Origin: Mytilus californianus
Lineage: Eukaryota
DNA: 64,000 bases
Direction: 5' to 3'
NCBI RefSeq assembly: GCF_021869535.1
Contig: NW_026262684.1
Span: 1,798,001-1,862,000, forward strand
Under the pieces are notes generated by a model, which had not been told where the DNA came from, ran no database searches, and saw only the letters and a program-made list of their open reading frames with translations. Shown here piece by piece: positions 1 through 11,544 of the stretch (position 1 is its first letter; each line of letters starts with the position of its first letter). Both the position numbers and the translations under genes were made by a program.

Positions 1-691
1 TTCGACTTATGTGTTTGAATTTCCTTTTGGTATCTTTCGCCTCTCTTGAATATAATTGACTGTTATAAGTTGTCATCGTCCCGAACAAATAAGTCCATGT
101 CCCTTTGTTTTTGATACATTTTCTCCGTTCCCGGGCACATTCATCACGGGAAACACGTCCAGTGTGTTGTAAGAAGCTTGCGTTGATCCCAGTTTAACGG
201 AGTCAGTGTTTTCTCATATAACTTTGGTTTTCTATGAGAAAATTAGCCTTTATACTTATCCCCGATTTTTTTTTTTTAATTTTTTCTTTTGTTGATCTAT
301 GCTTCTCTTTTCTTCTCTTATCTTGTTTTACTATGCGGCCCAATGGTCTTTTCATATTTCACACTTGACTTGATATAAGTTAAACCCCCGCGGCATATGT
401 TATGCCCCTTTTCCAACCCCGGAATATGTTGGTCAATGGTATATTCTTTTCTCGGTAGAATTTTTAGTTTACAATATTATGCTGCGGCATCGGATTTTAT
501 CTCTTTGTATTATCGGAGCTGTTCAGATCTCGCGGCTTGGTACTGATTTCCCGACAGTATTGGAGATCACGCGGTAACTCGAAATGTCTGTTTTATGTGT
601 TGCATTGTGTGATTTTAAGCTTTATTCGTGCCGTGTTCATTGTCCGTGCCTGCGTTTTCTCATTATTGTCAAAGTCTGTTTTGTGCCATTT

Positions 692-910
692 GAATTAAAA
701 AATATAACCAAAATATGAAACAAGACATTCGCCTTATCTAAATGTTCTGTACAAATTGTCAATGAAAACACATTTAAGTTGAACATAGCATGAGTGAATT
801 AAAAAATATACCCAAAATATGAAACAAGACATTCGCCTTATCTAATTGTTCTGTACAAATTGTCAATGAAAACACATTTAAGTTGAACATAGCATGAGTG
901 AATTAAAAAA
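692..910. repeat. Tandem duplication of a 104-bp unit (692-795, 796-899, partial third)
   Basis: gaattaaaaaatata...gttgaacatagcatgagt occurs twice back to back with only a few substitutions. Confidence 0.9.
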
Positions 911-1125
911 TAAAGTTACTAAGTATACATAGTGAAGGCATTAGAGGCAAATAATAACGGACTTTGTATAGACATGTGCCGCCCTTGTCAATAGACATAA
1001 AATAATTGTCTGTTTACATATTTACGACTAATATTTTTTTCCATTTTGCTAGCTTAAAGTAGCTAAAGTCTCATCTTCTAAAAATATAGAATAGAATATT
1101 AAAGATTTTCCTTTTATTCATTCAT

Positions 1126-1406
1126 GGGGGTCTGAATGGGGGTCCCTCAACTTTGTATTAATTTTTGTTTAGTCATTTTTCTCTATTCTTCTTTTATTTT
1201 GCCCATTATTCTCTATTCTGTTTTTTATTTTGCCCATTATTCTCTATTCTGTTTTATTTTGCCCCTTATTCTCTATTTTTTATTATAATTTAGCACCTTA
1301 GTATTCTCTATTCTATATTATGTTGGCCTATTTTTTTCTATTTTATTGCGCATGATTCTGTAGTATTTGTCCATTTATGTCTATTCTCTAAACCCCAACC
1401 AGACTC
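1126..1406. mobile_element. MITE-like element with imperfect terminal inverted repeats and internal ~30-bp tandem repeats
   Basis: Left end ggggtctgaatgggg versus right end ccccaaccagactct (inverted); internal repeats of ttattttgcccattattctctattctg. A related degenerate copy lies near 57890-58075. Confidence 0.5.
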
Positions 1407-2506
1407 TTTATCAAACTCATTTAAAAAATAAAATTAAAAAATTTAAATCAGTAAATAGTTTATAACCAAAACAAGACAAAATATCATTGTGGTAAATACA
1501 AATAGACAAAATTTTTTTTCCCTTTCAATTCAGTTATTGACAACAATGATATACAACCATTATTACTTTTAAGACGACCACTCACATCTTATACCTGTCG
1601 TAGTCGTTGTCAACTGTAGGTGTAGACAATAGTTGAAAAGGTCTAATTAGAATAAGTTATACAAAGGAATCATAAGTTTTTATGGACCGTATCTTAATTG
1701 ACGGACACAATAAACAACATAACCAAAAACACATGGAGATGATATCCCGTCCATGTAAAGGTTTCTACAGCAACAGACTAATTTCCAATCCAAATATCAC
1801 AGGTTCTGAGATCAGTTCTAAATTTATGGTTGCGTTGGTGTTGCTAAGTCTTAAGTCTTTTTGTGTATTGTTTTCTGGACGTATTTATCTTTTCGTTGTC
1901 TTTCAATTTTTCCATTCCATTGTCAGTTCCCTTGGATTTAAGAAATTTTAAGGTTCTTTTTGTATCTTCTGACTGTACTCATAACCATGCGAATCTTACA
2001 ACAACTCGGGTTGTACCCTAGTACTCCGGAATAGTTAACAGTGCCTTTTCTACTAGGGACACACGGTAATTGCTCATTGCAAGCGATAATTCATTGTCTT
2101 CGATTGCAAGTCATTAAAGTGATGACATGGAAGTAAAATTTGAATTATAATTATAGCGATATTATGAACGCTTTTACCGACATACAGTTAAAGGAATTGT
2201 CAAAGAAAGATAAAATTTCAGGCGTGTTAAAAAAGGAGGGACGAATGATACCAGAGGGACAGTCAAACTCACAGATCGAAAACAAATTGACAACGCCATG
2301 GCCAAAAACAAAATGACAAACAGACAAATAATAGTACAGATGGCACAACACAGAAAACCAAAGACCAAGCAACACGAAACCCACCAAAAACGGGGGGCGA
2401 TCTCATGTGCTCCGGAAGGGTAAGCAGATCCTGCTCCACATGTGGCACCCGTCGTGTTGCTTATGTTATTACAAATCCGCTAAATAGTCTAATTCGGTAA
2501 GTCATA

Positions 2507-3994
2507 TTCTTTCTCGCGTTTAGTCCATTGCCTGACATAATCCTCGACTGAATCCATCAGTATTTTGAAGTTGTATTTCCAATTGATGGATTAAGGATCA
2601 CGATATTTGGACCTTTGGATAACAAATTTCGCAGGGAAGTGTTATTGACAATGTTGAGGTCTCCGGTAATAACGTGACTAGCCGGATTATATGTGAATTG
2701 GGAACTAGCACAGGTGCAATCAGGAGGTTTAGACTTGAAGTCGTCAATGTTGAGATCCTGCAAAACGTGTTTGTAATTGAAAATTTTAGTTGCAATTGGT
2801 TTGGTATAGGTATAAGAAATTATTGGTACAGACTGATCTTTAAAATAAGGTGGTATTTTCGACTGAACTAATTTATGATGAAGGATATTGCCTAAGTTGA
2901 CGCCTTTAATACCTTTGTTGGCAAAGGAAAGTTTAAGAACAGATCTTTTCTCTTTTTCATCTTTTTCCAATGCGAACTGGTTTGAAAAGTCTGTGACTTG
3001 CAATATCCGAAATGATAGCTGTAAGTTTGTATGGTTTTGAATGAGGGTTTGTAACAGTGGTTTCCAAACATAAATTAAACAGAGAATGAAGTTTTGAAAG
3101 TTATAATGAATACAGTTTCGTGCGAATGTGATGAATGCCTAACGGCTTTTGTATAAATGACAGCAAGTCATTAATAGAGACATCATGCAAAGTAATTGAT
3201 GTATATTGACGATGACCATGACTGCGTCTACGTCGAGGAGTAGAGTTGAAAATATTCATTACATTCACCGAGCTACAGAAAGGACTAGATAGAATACCTA
3301 TACCATCAATTTTGTCATTGCAACTATATGGTGTCGCAGTTCCCAATTGTCGAATCAAGTAGTCCTCTTTTTGTCTACGGAGAGGCGTTGCAAGTTGAGG
3401 ATTGTTTGTCTTGTGGTATATTTTTTCGATTATACGAACTGTCATAGAAACGATGGAATGATCAGGCTGATTAAAATGCTGGTACAGAATGTCGTTTGCA
3501 TTGAGGTTGATATCTGATCTATGGCCGCACATACGTTTGTTTAGCCTTCCTTTCGTTTCACCGACGTAAACCAATCCACAAAGGTTACACTCTAATCCGT
3601 AGACGACATTTATAGATTTACAATTCAGATCATTGTAACTTCTAGTAAAGTAAGACTTTTTGGTTAAATTGCTAGTGAATTGAGCGTCTGTTATTAAAAT
3701 TTCACAAGTTTTGCAGCCATTAGTTCCACATTTCGAAATGAGACAGTGTTGTTCAGAGTTATCAAAATCCAAAATGTCTTTAAGGAGAACTGAACAAGGC
3801 TGTGTATGTGTACTATTGCTATTGTCACTAGTATGATGATCTGAATGAGTCATGTTTGTGATATTTGTCATGTCTGGTGATGAGGGGACACCTGCCTTAT
3901 CAAACGACACCGTGTCCATGGTGACGTCTGTTTCGGACCTTTTTATACTGGGCGACGTTCGAGCCAGTATCCTGTTAGATCTTCGTAAATTCAT
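2507..3994 (-). pseudogene. N-terminal half of the PLE ORF: GIY-YIG endonuclease and CxC linker, with one nonsense codon and one frameshift
   Basis: CGTNGCKTC, NVVYGLECNLCGLVYVGETKGRLNKRMCGHR, HFNQPDH. The frame continues past TAA at 3101 (LSKLHSLFNL...HRLFKPVRIGK), shifts in an A-run near 2965 and resumes DEKEKRSVLKL...PPDCTCASS...SKGP. Confidence 0.88.
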
Positions 3995-4402
3995 GCAATT
4001 TTGCTACTGGGCGGATGATGTCCTCGGGGAAAAAATGTCCACCAGCAGAGACATCGACCCACTGGTTATAAAAGAGGGACGAAAGATACCAGAGGGACAG
4101 TCAAACTCACAGATCAAAAACAAACTGACAACGCCATGGCCAAAAACAAAAAGACAAACAGACAAATAATAGTACAGATGGCACAACACAGAAAACCAAA
4201 GACCAAGCAACACGAACCCCACCAAAAACCGGGGGTGATCTCAGGTGCTCCGGAAGGGTAAGCAGATCCTGCTCTACATGTGGCACCCGTCGTGTTGCTT
4301 ATGTTATTACAAATCCGGTAAATAGTCTAATTCGGTAGATCACATTCGTGAAAAGGGAGGGTATTGTAGTTATGACATGAGGAACATATCCGATATCATC
4401 TG

Positions 4403-6020
4403 TTAAACGGTTATTCCATAACGGTCAACCAACTCGTGATGGCGTCCGTAAAATTTACGAAGGGATGACTTCAACTTGACCATTTGGAACTCTTGGTTGA
4501 ATAGCTTCCTTGTGAGCAGCAATCCTCTATCAAGGAAATCATGATAGGAAACACAAGCCCGGGAATATCGTATCAAATGGGAGATGTATACTCCGTATGC
4601 AGGCGCTGCTGGAATGTTGCTACATAGAAATGGAAAGTTCACAATTGGGAAGCTGAAATCATCTCTTTTGTCGTAAAGTTTTGTTTTCAACCGACCCTCA
4701 TTGTCAATTTCTAGATGTAAGTCAAGATATGAGGCAGACTTAACTGTATCTGTAGTATCCTTTATCTCTAGTTCGATGGGATAGATTCGTTCAACATAGT
4801 CACCAAATTTTGTATTATTTAGTGAGAGAACATCATCTATAAAGCGAAACGTAGAGTTAAAGGATATTGCTAACTTCTTATCTTTCTTCCTAAGAAGTTC
4901 CTGTATGAAGTCAGCCTCATAATAATAAAGAAACAAGTCGGCAAGAAGAGGGGCACAATTAGTTCCCATTGGAATTCCGACAGTCTGTTGAAAAACACTT
5001 CCTCCAAACGTAACAAATATGTTGTCAATCAAGAAATCAAGCATCTTGACAATGTCAGTTTCAGAGAATTTTGTGTTTGAATCAGAGTGATTCTTTACAA
5101 AGTAGGATTTATCCCTCCCCAAAACAAGATACCTGTATCTACGTTCGCCATTCTTTTTAATGAAACAAAGTAATACAAACTCTTTCATTTTGTCTTTTAG
5201 TTTGGAATGGGGAATACTTGTGTAAAGTGTAGAAAAGTCGAATGTTTTAATACTATTGAAAGATGAGAGAGTCTTAGATTGTATGTACTCTAAAAGATAT
5301 TTGGAATTTTTTAGTATCCACATCTGAATCACGCCACCTCTAGAATAGGCAGTTTCACAATAACTTTGGAGCCCGGCTTGGATTGCTGATAAAATAGATG
5401 TTAATAATTTAGAAAGAGGTTTCGTGGAGCACTTGGAAGACCGAGCAATATACCGTTGTTTGTAAGGACACTTATGTAGTTTAGATATGCAATACAGTGA
5501 TGGAAGATCCAGTTCTTCATCTTTGGTTGAAATTCCAAAGGAACATAGAACAGACCTATGATTATCCAGGATTTCCTCTTTGGTAAGTATCGTGAGGGTA
5601 TATGTTGAGTTTCCAAGTGAATTGTCAATACCTAATTCATTTATCAAGCAGTCTATGTAATGATATTTACACACAAAAACGATGTTGTTTGGGGCTTTAT
5701 CTACGGGGACAACAACATATTTGTCATAGAGATAGGACAAGTGTTTTGCAACATTTGGGTCTTTAAAAATTGACGTAGCGTGGGTATTGATATGCCCATT
5801 TAGTTTCTTAATTCGGATTTGTATCAACGACCTCACAGCCTTAATCCATTCGGAAAGAGTATCTACGTCTTCTTTCTCGCGTTTAGCCCATTGCATGGCA
5901 TAATCCTCGACTGAAACCATCAGTATTTTGAAGTTGTATTTCCAATTGATGGATTTAGGCTCACGATATTTCGGACCTTTGGATAACAAATTTCGCAGGG
6001 AAGTGTTATTGACAATATTG
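4403..6020 (-). pseudogene. Penelope-like reverse transcriptase, ~540 aa open but 5'-truncated
   Basis: Motifs KTFDFSTLYTSIPH, QQTVGIPMGTNCAPLLADLFL, FRFIDDVL. Frameshifting insertion near 6025. The TAA at 4403 is probably a TCA>TAA change a few codons before the true end (the copy at 42604 reads GISVS). Confidence 0.9.
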
Positions 6021-6926
6021 ACAAACGTCTCCGGTAATAACGTGGCCAGCCGGATTATATGTGAATTGGGAACTAGCACAGGTGCAATCAGGAGATTTAG
6101 ACTTGAAGTCGTCAATGTTGAGATCCTGTTTTATGTTTTTTGGTTGAATTCAATATGACCAACAAATATAAATTAAATGTAATTTCTGAAATTAGACAAA
6201 AAACTTTAAAAGACATCCATGAGCATGAACTAAATTTGTTTAATCTAAGATCAATAAATAAAACCTGCTTTACTATTTTGGAGTGTAATTTCAAATTTTG
6301 CAGCTTACGGTTGCAGTTTTGTAATTGACTGCTCCATAGGCTTACATGCAAAACAGCTGATCTTTGAAAATAATAAATAAAAAATGCTACATAGAAAAAA
6401 ATTTTCATGCTCATATCATGTATGTACTAATGTGAAATTGTGATTTAATCGAAAAAAAAGTGGGTCATGCCACGAAGAATAAAAAGTTACGTAACCCTTA
6501 AGTCAAAACAATTTTTTTCTACTTTCTTTTTGCTGTTTTTACTAGGCCGCATCACTTCTAGTAAACATGATATCCTTCCACTTTCTTGGATTGATATCCC
6601 CAAAAAGATGCAAGATTTTTAAAAATCTATATATATGTTTCAATTCAGCATAAACTTTTAATCAAACAGAAAATATTGAGTCCAGAAAGTAATTCAGAAA
6701 AAAATTGACTATTTTATTTACCTTCATATTTTGACATGCACCGGAAACTGGAGTTGTAATACAAGACTGGTACCTTAAGCTGATTTACCAGAAAGCGTGT
6801 ACATTTGATAAGCAAACCCAGATACTCGCAAAATAAAGTTGATTTAATATTTTGAGCGTGTGTATTCATAATTAACTACTTAATTATTCTTCTTTCATAG
6901 AAATATTTAACTTGACTTATTTCAAG

Positions 6927-9900
6927 GTTGCAAGACATGCCCTAATGGAATCAAGAAGGTTAAGTGCTTTGTAAATCCATGCCGAGGACAGAATTGCAAG
7001 GGTGCTAAATGCAGGTAATATTAATTATATTAACACAGATTCGAAACATAAGAGAAGAAATCCAATTGGATCAATTACTACAAACCGAAAGCGCTTTAGA
7101 CTCGATTTATTAAGTGTATTTTCAATTCTATTTTTTTATAATAATAAAAAAAAGTATCTTTTACATGCACCTTAACGACAAGACGATATGCGTGCACTTG
7201 TATTAATCGTCTCTAGTTTTATGGTTTTTTTTGGTTAAATTCAATATGACCAACAAATATAAATTAAATGTAATTTCTGAAATTAGACAAAATAACTGAA
7301 AAAGATATCCATGAGCATGGACTAAATTTGTTTAATCTAAGATCAATAAATATTATAGTATAGTAGTTTGCTTTATTATATATAAATCAATTTACTTTAA
7401 AACTAAATGTACAAACAAATTAATTTATTACTATTATATTGATGTACATTTTTAATTTTCATTCACATAAAACTAGATGAGAATTGTTCTGTATGACGCC
7501 TTCATTTAAAATTATAAAACATATAGTCGAAAAAAGTGAGACAAATTACAAAATTTCCCGTTCGTGCATTTTAAGGTATGAATTTTAGGTGTCAGTCCAC
7601 CAATTCACCCACTTCAAGTTAGAACATAAAAACGTAAAAGTAGCCCTTCCTTGACAAAAAATTGTGCTTTTGATGTCATTGTTTATTTCAACTAACAAAT
7701 GAATTTGCAGAATGAAACTGTTGGTGAAAGAAAAATATAAAAATATTGACCATTTTTTAGCCAAAATTTACTTGTCTATGAGCCTGATAAGTTTGCTTTA
7801 AAAATTGAGGAATAATGCGCTCCACAGTATACTTATTTAAGGTTTCCATAAAATTAGGGGTTAGGTTTAGTAGTAGTTAGCTCCCAGACGGTAGCATTTC
7901 ACTACAATACTTTAGACATTAGTTAAAAATTGGCATGTAGAAAGGTGATACATGTACAAGTAAGAATATGCCTGGCTTCTATGGAGGTGAAATATTTTGA
8001 AAGCTTTGAAAATTGCAAAATTTGGATGAATATATAATTGTTTTGAAATGGTGGTCTGACACCTTCAGGCGAAGCAGGATGTACGCCAATAAGACCTCTT
8101 TCTTACAATTGGCATGACAAGGGTTATGGTCGTTACTTATAATTTATGAAGGAATGATAATATACACCTAACGGAAGGGATTAAGGTTGATTTTCGTATG
8201 TTGAAGACATAATCGTTCGATCAGTTTAATTGAAAAAGAAATGATTTGCATGATGTGTGCTTGACATTATATAGCGTTCAACTATCCTAACATTATGTTT
8301 ACATATCACTATACGATGTTCATGCTTTTACTATTATATAATATGACTGTTTTACTTATCTTATGAACTTTTGTATAATGTGATAACGACATTATGTGAG
8401 ATGTACTAGACATTATTGGTAACAACTAAATATTAAAAGGTTCAGATATTTGGTGGACATTTTAAAATGTACATGTATATCCCTTAATCAGTATCTGTTA
8501 ATACATACGTGTAAATGTTTATGTTCAAGGCAAAATTACTGCGGTGGTTGTAATAGGCTATGGTATACAAACGGTGGTAGTGATGTAACAAAAAAATGTG
8601 GTAAGTATTTGTTGTAATTGTAAATCGTGAGAAAACAAATTTTGAATACGCATAGTGAGTCGTCAGGAAAACCAATTTTAATGTAATATATATGGACAGG
8701 GAAAGGTAACTGTACAATAATTTCTACATATAGAAAAGGAAAGGATATGGGGTATCAAATGCAAAAGTGTCTGTGTTAAAAGTTCAGATAATAAAACAAT
8801 AGAAAACATATTTAATTCATGGAAGCCGTAATCAAAACATAGAAGTTTATACAATCAAATATATCATAACTTAAGGATTAAATATTCTCATTATAATATA
8901 AATGGGTTTAAATAATAATTAATAATCAGTCGCTAATGTCTGTCCTGTAGAATTCCGATGTCCAGGTGGCAGTGATTGTTTACCAGGAGTATTTCCAGCG
9001 CCGTGTATAAGAGATCCATGTGATGAAAAAAGCTGTAAAGGCCATCCCAACGCTAAATGTTGGTAAGTGAAAAACTGTTTTTTTACATAATGATTTAACT
9101 TTTGTAGTAAACAAAAAACACCATGTAAAACTACCTCCAAAACACACTAATTTGTCTCACATTTTCTAAAAATAAAATAGATTTATATGGAATCAAAAAT
9201 GTAAACTCTCATTCATGTAAGATTGCGACAACTGTACATTGTAATCACGACTGATGGATAGACAAGACAAATCTTCTACACTTCCTTATGTCGTTCTACA
9301 AATAGATTATCTTACGGTTACATTATTAAGTATTAACCAAAATATAGTACGTGGATTTTCGTGGTTTAATATGTGCCAGACAAAATAAATCTAACACTAT
9401 ATACTACGATTTGTATGTATATTAGTGAATATCGCACAAAAGTTTATCATGCTCATAGAGAATAAGTCTTCTATCAAAGTTTGTAATTTGTAACATTTAA
9501 CTTATTTAACTTAACATACTAGTGTTTTCATTTTTTGTAATGCTTCAATGACTGAAACGGTAGAAATTTAAATCTGCTGAATATTGTGCTTATTTAGCCT
9601 AGCTTGCAATTCATGTTTTATATCGATTTGACTTTGAGCAACAGTGTCTAAGACATTCTCTAATAAGGATTTGGAATTAAACATGAACAAAAGAGAGGCG
9701 AAAGATACCAAAGGAATATTCAAACTCATAAGTCAAAAATAACCTGACAACCCGATGGCAAAAAAGAAAGAAAAAAGAGCGAAAGACAAACAACAGCACA
9801 CAAAAATACAACAGAAAACTAAAGACTGAGCAACAAGAACCCCACCAAAAACCGAGGGTATTACCATGTGCTCCAGAAGAGTTAGCAGATCCTGCTCCAC

Positions 9901-10010
9901 ATGTGAAATTAAAATAACAAGTACGTATTGTATTTTTCAGTCCAGTATTTTGTGGCGGATGTCATGATTTATGGTATGTGAATGGTGAGAAAGTCACTTG
10001 CAAAAAATAA
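6927..10010 (+). CDS. Cys-rich protein gene 1 (5'-partial): exons 6927-7014, 8530-8600, 8951-9062, 9941-10010
   Basis: All introns GT-AG with matching phases. Spliced product ..CKTCPNGIKKVKCFVNPCRGQNCKGAKCRQNYCGGCNRLWYTNGGSDVTKKCEFRCPGGSDCLPGVFPAPCIRDPCDEKSCKGHPNAKCCPVFCGGCHDLWYVNGEKVTCKK*. AATAAA at 10033; exon-for-exon paralog of gene 2. Confidence 0.85.
9688..9905 (-). mobile_element. PLE 3'-UTR-derived dispersed repeat in the last intron of Cys-rich gene 1
   Basis: aagagaggcgaaagatacc...agcagatcctgctccacatgtg matches 4075-4282. Confidence 0.8.
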
Positions 10011-10032
10011 CAAAGAGAATGTATTGTCTTTC

Positions 10033-10038
10033 AATAAA
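10033..10038 (+). terminator. Polyadenylation signal, Cys-rich gene 1
   Basis: AATAAA 22 nt after the stop, same position as in gene 2. Confidence 0.6.
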
Positions 10039-10959
10039 ATTCAGTAAGATTTGACAACAAATATAGATTTGTTTCTTATTCCAAAAAGTCTTCTGCTGAC
10101 GACGCTGATAGATGTGTGCTCAATCGCAATATATAATGCTAAACTAAAGGGGCACTGATATATATAAAACAGAAATAAAATGGCTGACAACAATTTGGAG
10201 ATATCTGGTCTTTAATGTTATTGTTGTCAATCGCTTACCGTTGTCTTTGTTAACAGTATAAATAACATCATTTTAATATCATTTTCCCTATCTTAAGTCT
10301 GATTTTTTTAACCTTTTTATCACATCATGAATAATTTATCCAAAACAAAATATACCACTTCCATTAACACTATTTCTAAAAGGTTACAAGAAGGCAACAT
10401 AACAATTATAGATCAGTGTAAAAAGGGATATATGCCGACAGAAGAATGTGGAATAAACTAGTTATTTTAAGACGAAAAAAAAAAACTATTTTAAGACTGA
10501 ACGGTGCATATCTTTTTAGCTGAAACTTCACATTTATTTCTTGTCTTCACTTTTGAGTGGATGGGATTATGTTAGGGGGTGTTAAGACTTCATAATTGGT
10601 GGATGAAACTTAATTTGTGCGTGTGTGTTTGATTTTATAGACTTGATTTTACGCGTCATATATATGATATTTCATACTCCATCTCAGAAAGTTAGTTACT
10701 TTGTCGGGGAAACAGTATATGTCCATTTCTTTTACTGTACTGTATTTACTATTAACTACAAAAACTTTGTTTTGTTTGTGTCTTTGTCAGATTTATTTTT
10801 ATGTTCGATTGGATTTTTATGTCAGTTGTGTCGTATGTCTGAGATGTATGTTTACACCGATTTGGATGCTGGGTCCAAATTATTGTCAAGATAACCAATT
10901 ATTCTTGTTTAAGTTGCTTAACTGAAATGAGCATTATAACGGAGCTTTAATCAACGGTC

Positions 10960-11180
10960 ATACAAGTGGGATGTTTAGCTAGCTACAAAACAAGGTTTAA
11001 CGCACCAATTGTTTATTCTGAAAATGCATGTACCAAGTAAGGAATATTGTAATTGTTTCCACTTGTTCCGTACCGCGTGTTGATTAATAGCATTTAATTT
11101 TGTCAGTTTTTAGACTTCCTTCTTTTTTTAATTTGCCTTGTATTTCAGTTCAGTATTTTTGTTATACTGTTTTACTCCTC
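10960..11180 (+). mobile_element. Dispersed repeat family Z
   Basis: Same body, degenerate. Confidence 0.6.
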
Positions 11181-11544
11181 ATATGGTCATATATGTACTT
11201 CGTTTGCTCTCCCAACAATGTCTATGGACACGCGTTATGTAGAGTACAAACTTCAGACGTTGGACATCTGTTCGTGATTAAATATGTTTATTTTGAACAC
11301 TACTAAATATAAAAACGTCATTTATGTGTTGATTTTATATGTACAAGGAAAAGTTTCGTAGAAACAGTATGCCCTTTGAATAAAACTACGCCGATTTAAC
11401 TAAAACTGTTTGAAACATTGATTTCCTATTTAAATGCATTATGTCACGAAATGTTATTTACATTAAATATGCGTCGTTTAATCCCGTATATATAAATATC
11501 AATATACATGTACGTTTTATCATAATATTTTAAAATATTGAAAT

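Larger units (their letters stand above)
2225..6127 (-). mobile_element. Head-to-tail pair of Penelope-like retroelements with N-terminal endonuclease (Naiad-type)
   Basis: On the - strand: 5'-truncated RT unit (6127-4070), then a unit with GIY-YIG + CxC and an internal deletion (4070-2225). Both end in the same ~300-bp 3' UTR, and 5870-6127 is near-identical to 2507-2760. Confidence 0.85.

Noticed and set aside
1826-1880. Hydrophobic MVALVLLSLKSFCVLFSG as a possible exon 1 of Cys-rich gene 1
   Set aside because: No phase-1 consensus donor, and no similarity to exon 1 of gene 2
2151-2387. Hydrophobic ORFs MVGFVLLGLWF (also 4004-4225)
   Set aside because: They fall in the T-rich 3' UTR repeat of the PLE; the frame is not kept in the dispersed copies
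2725-2730. Selenocysteine-encoding Naiad
   Set aside because: The CxC codons are TGC and TGT. The one TGA noted (~2960) results from a single-base frameshift in an A-run, not from a Cys position
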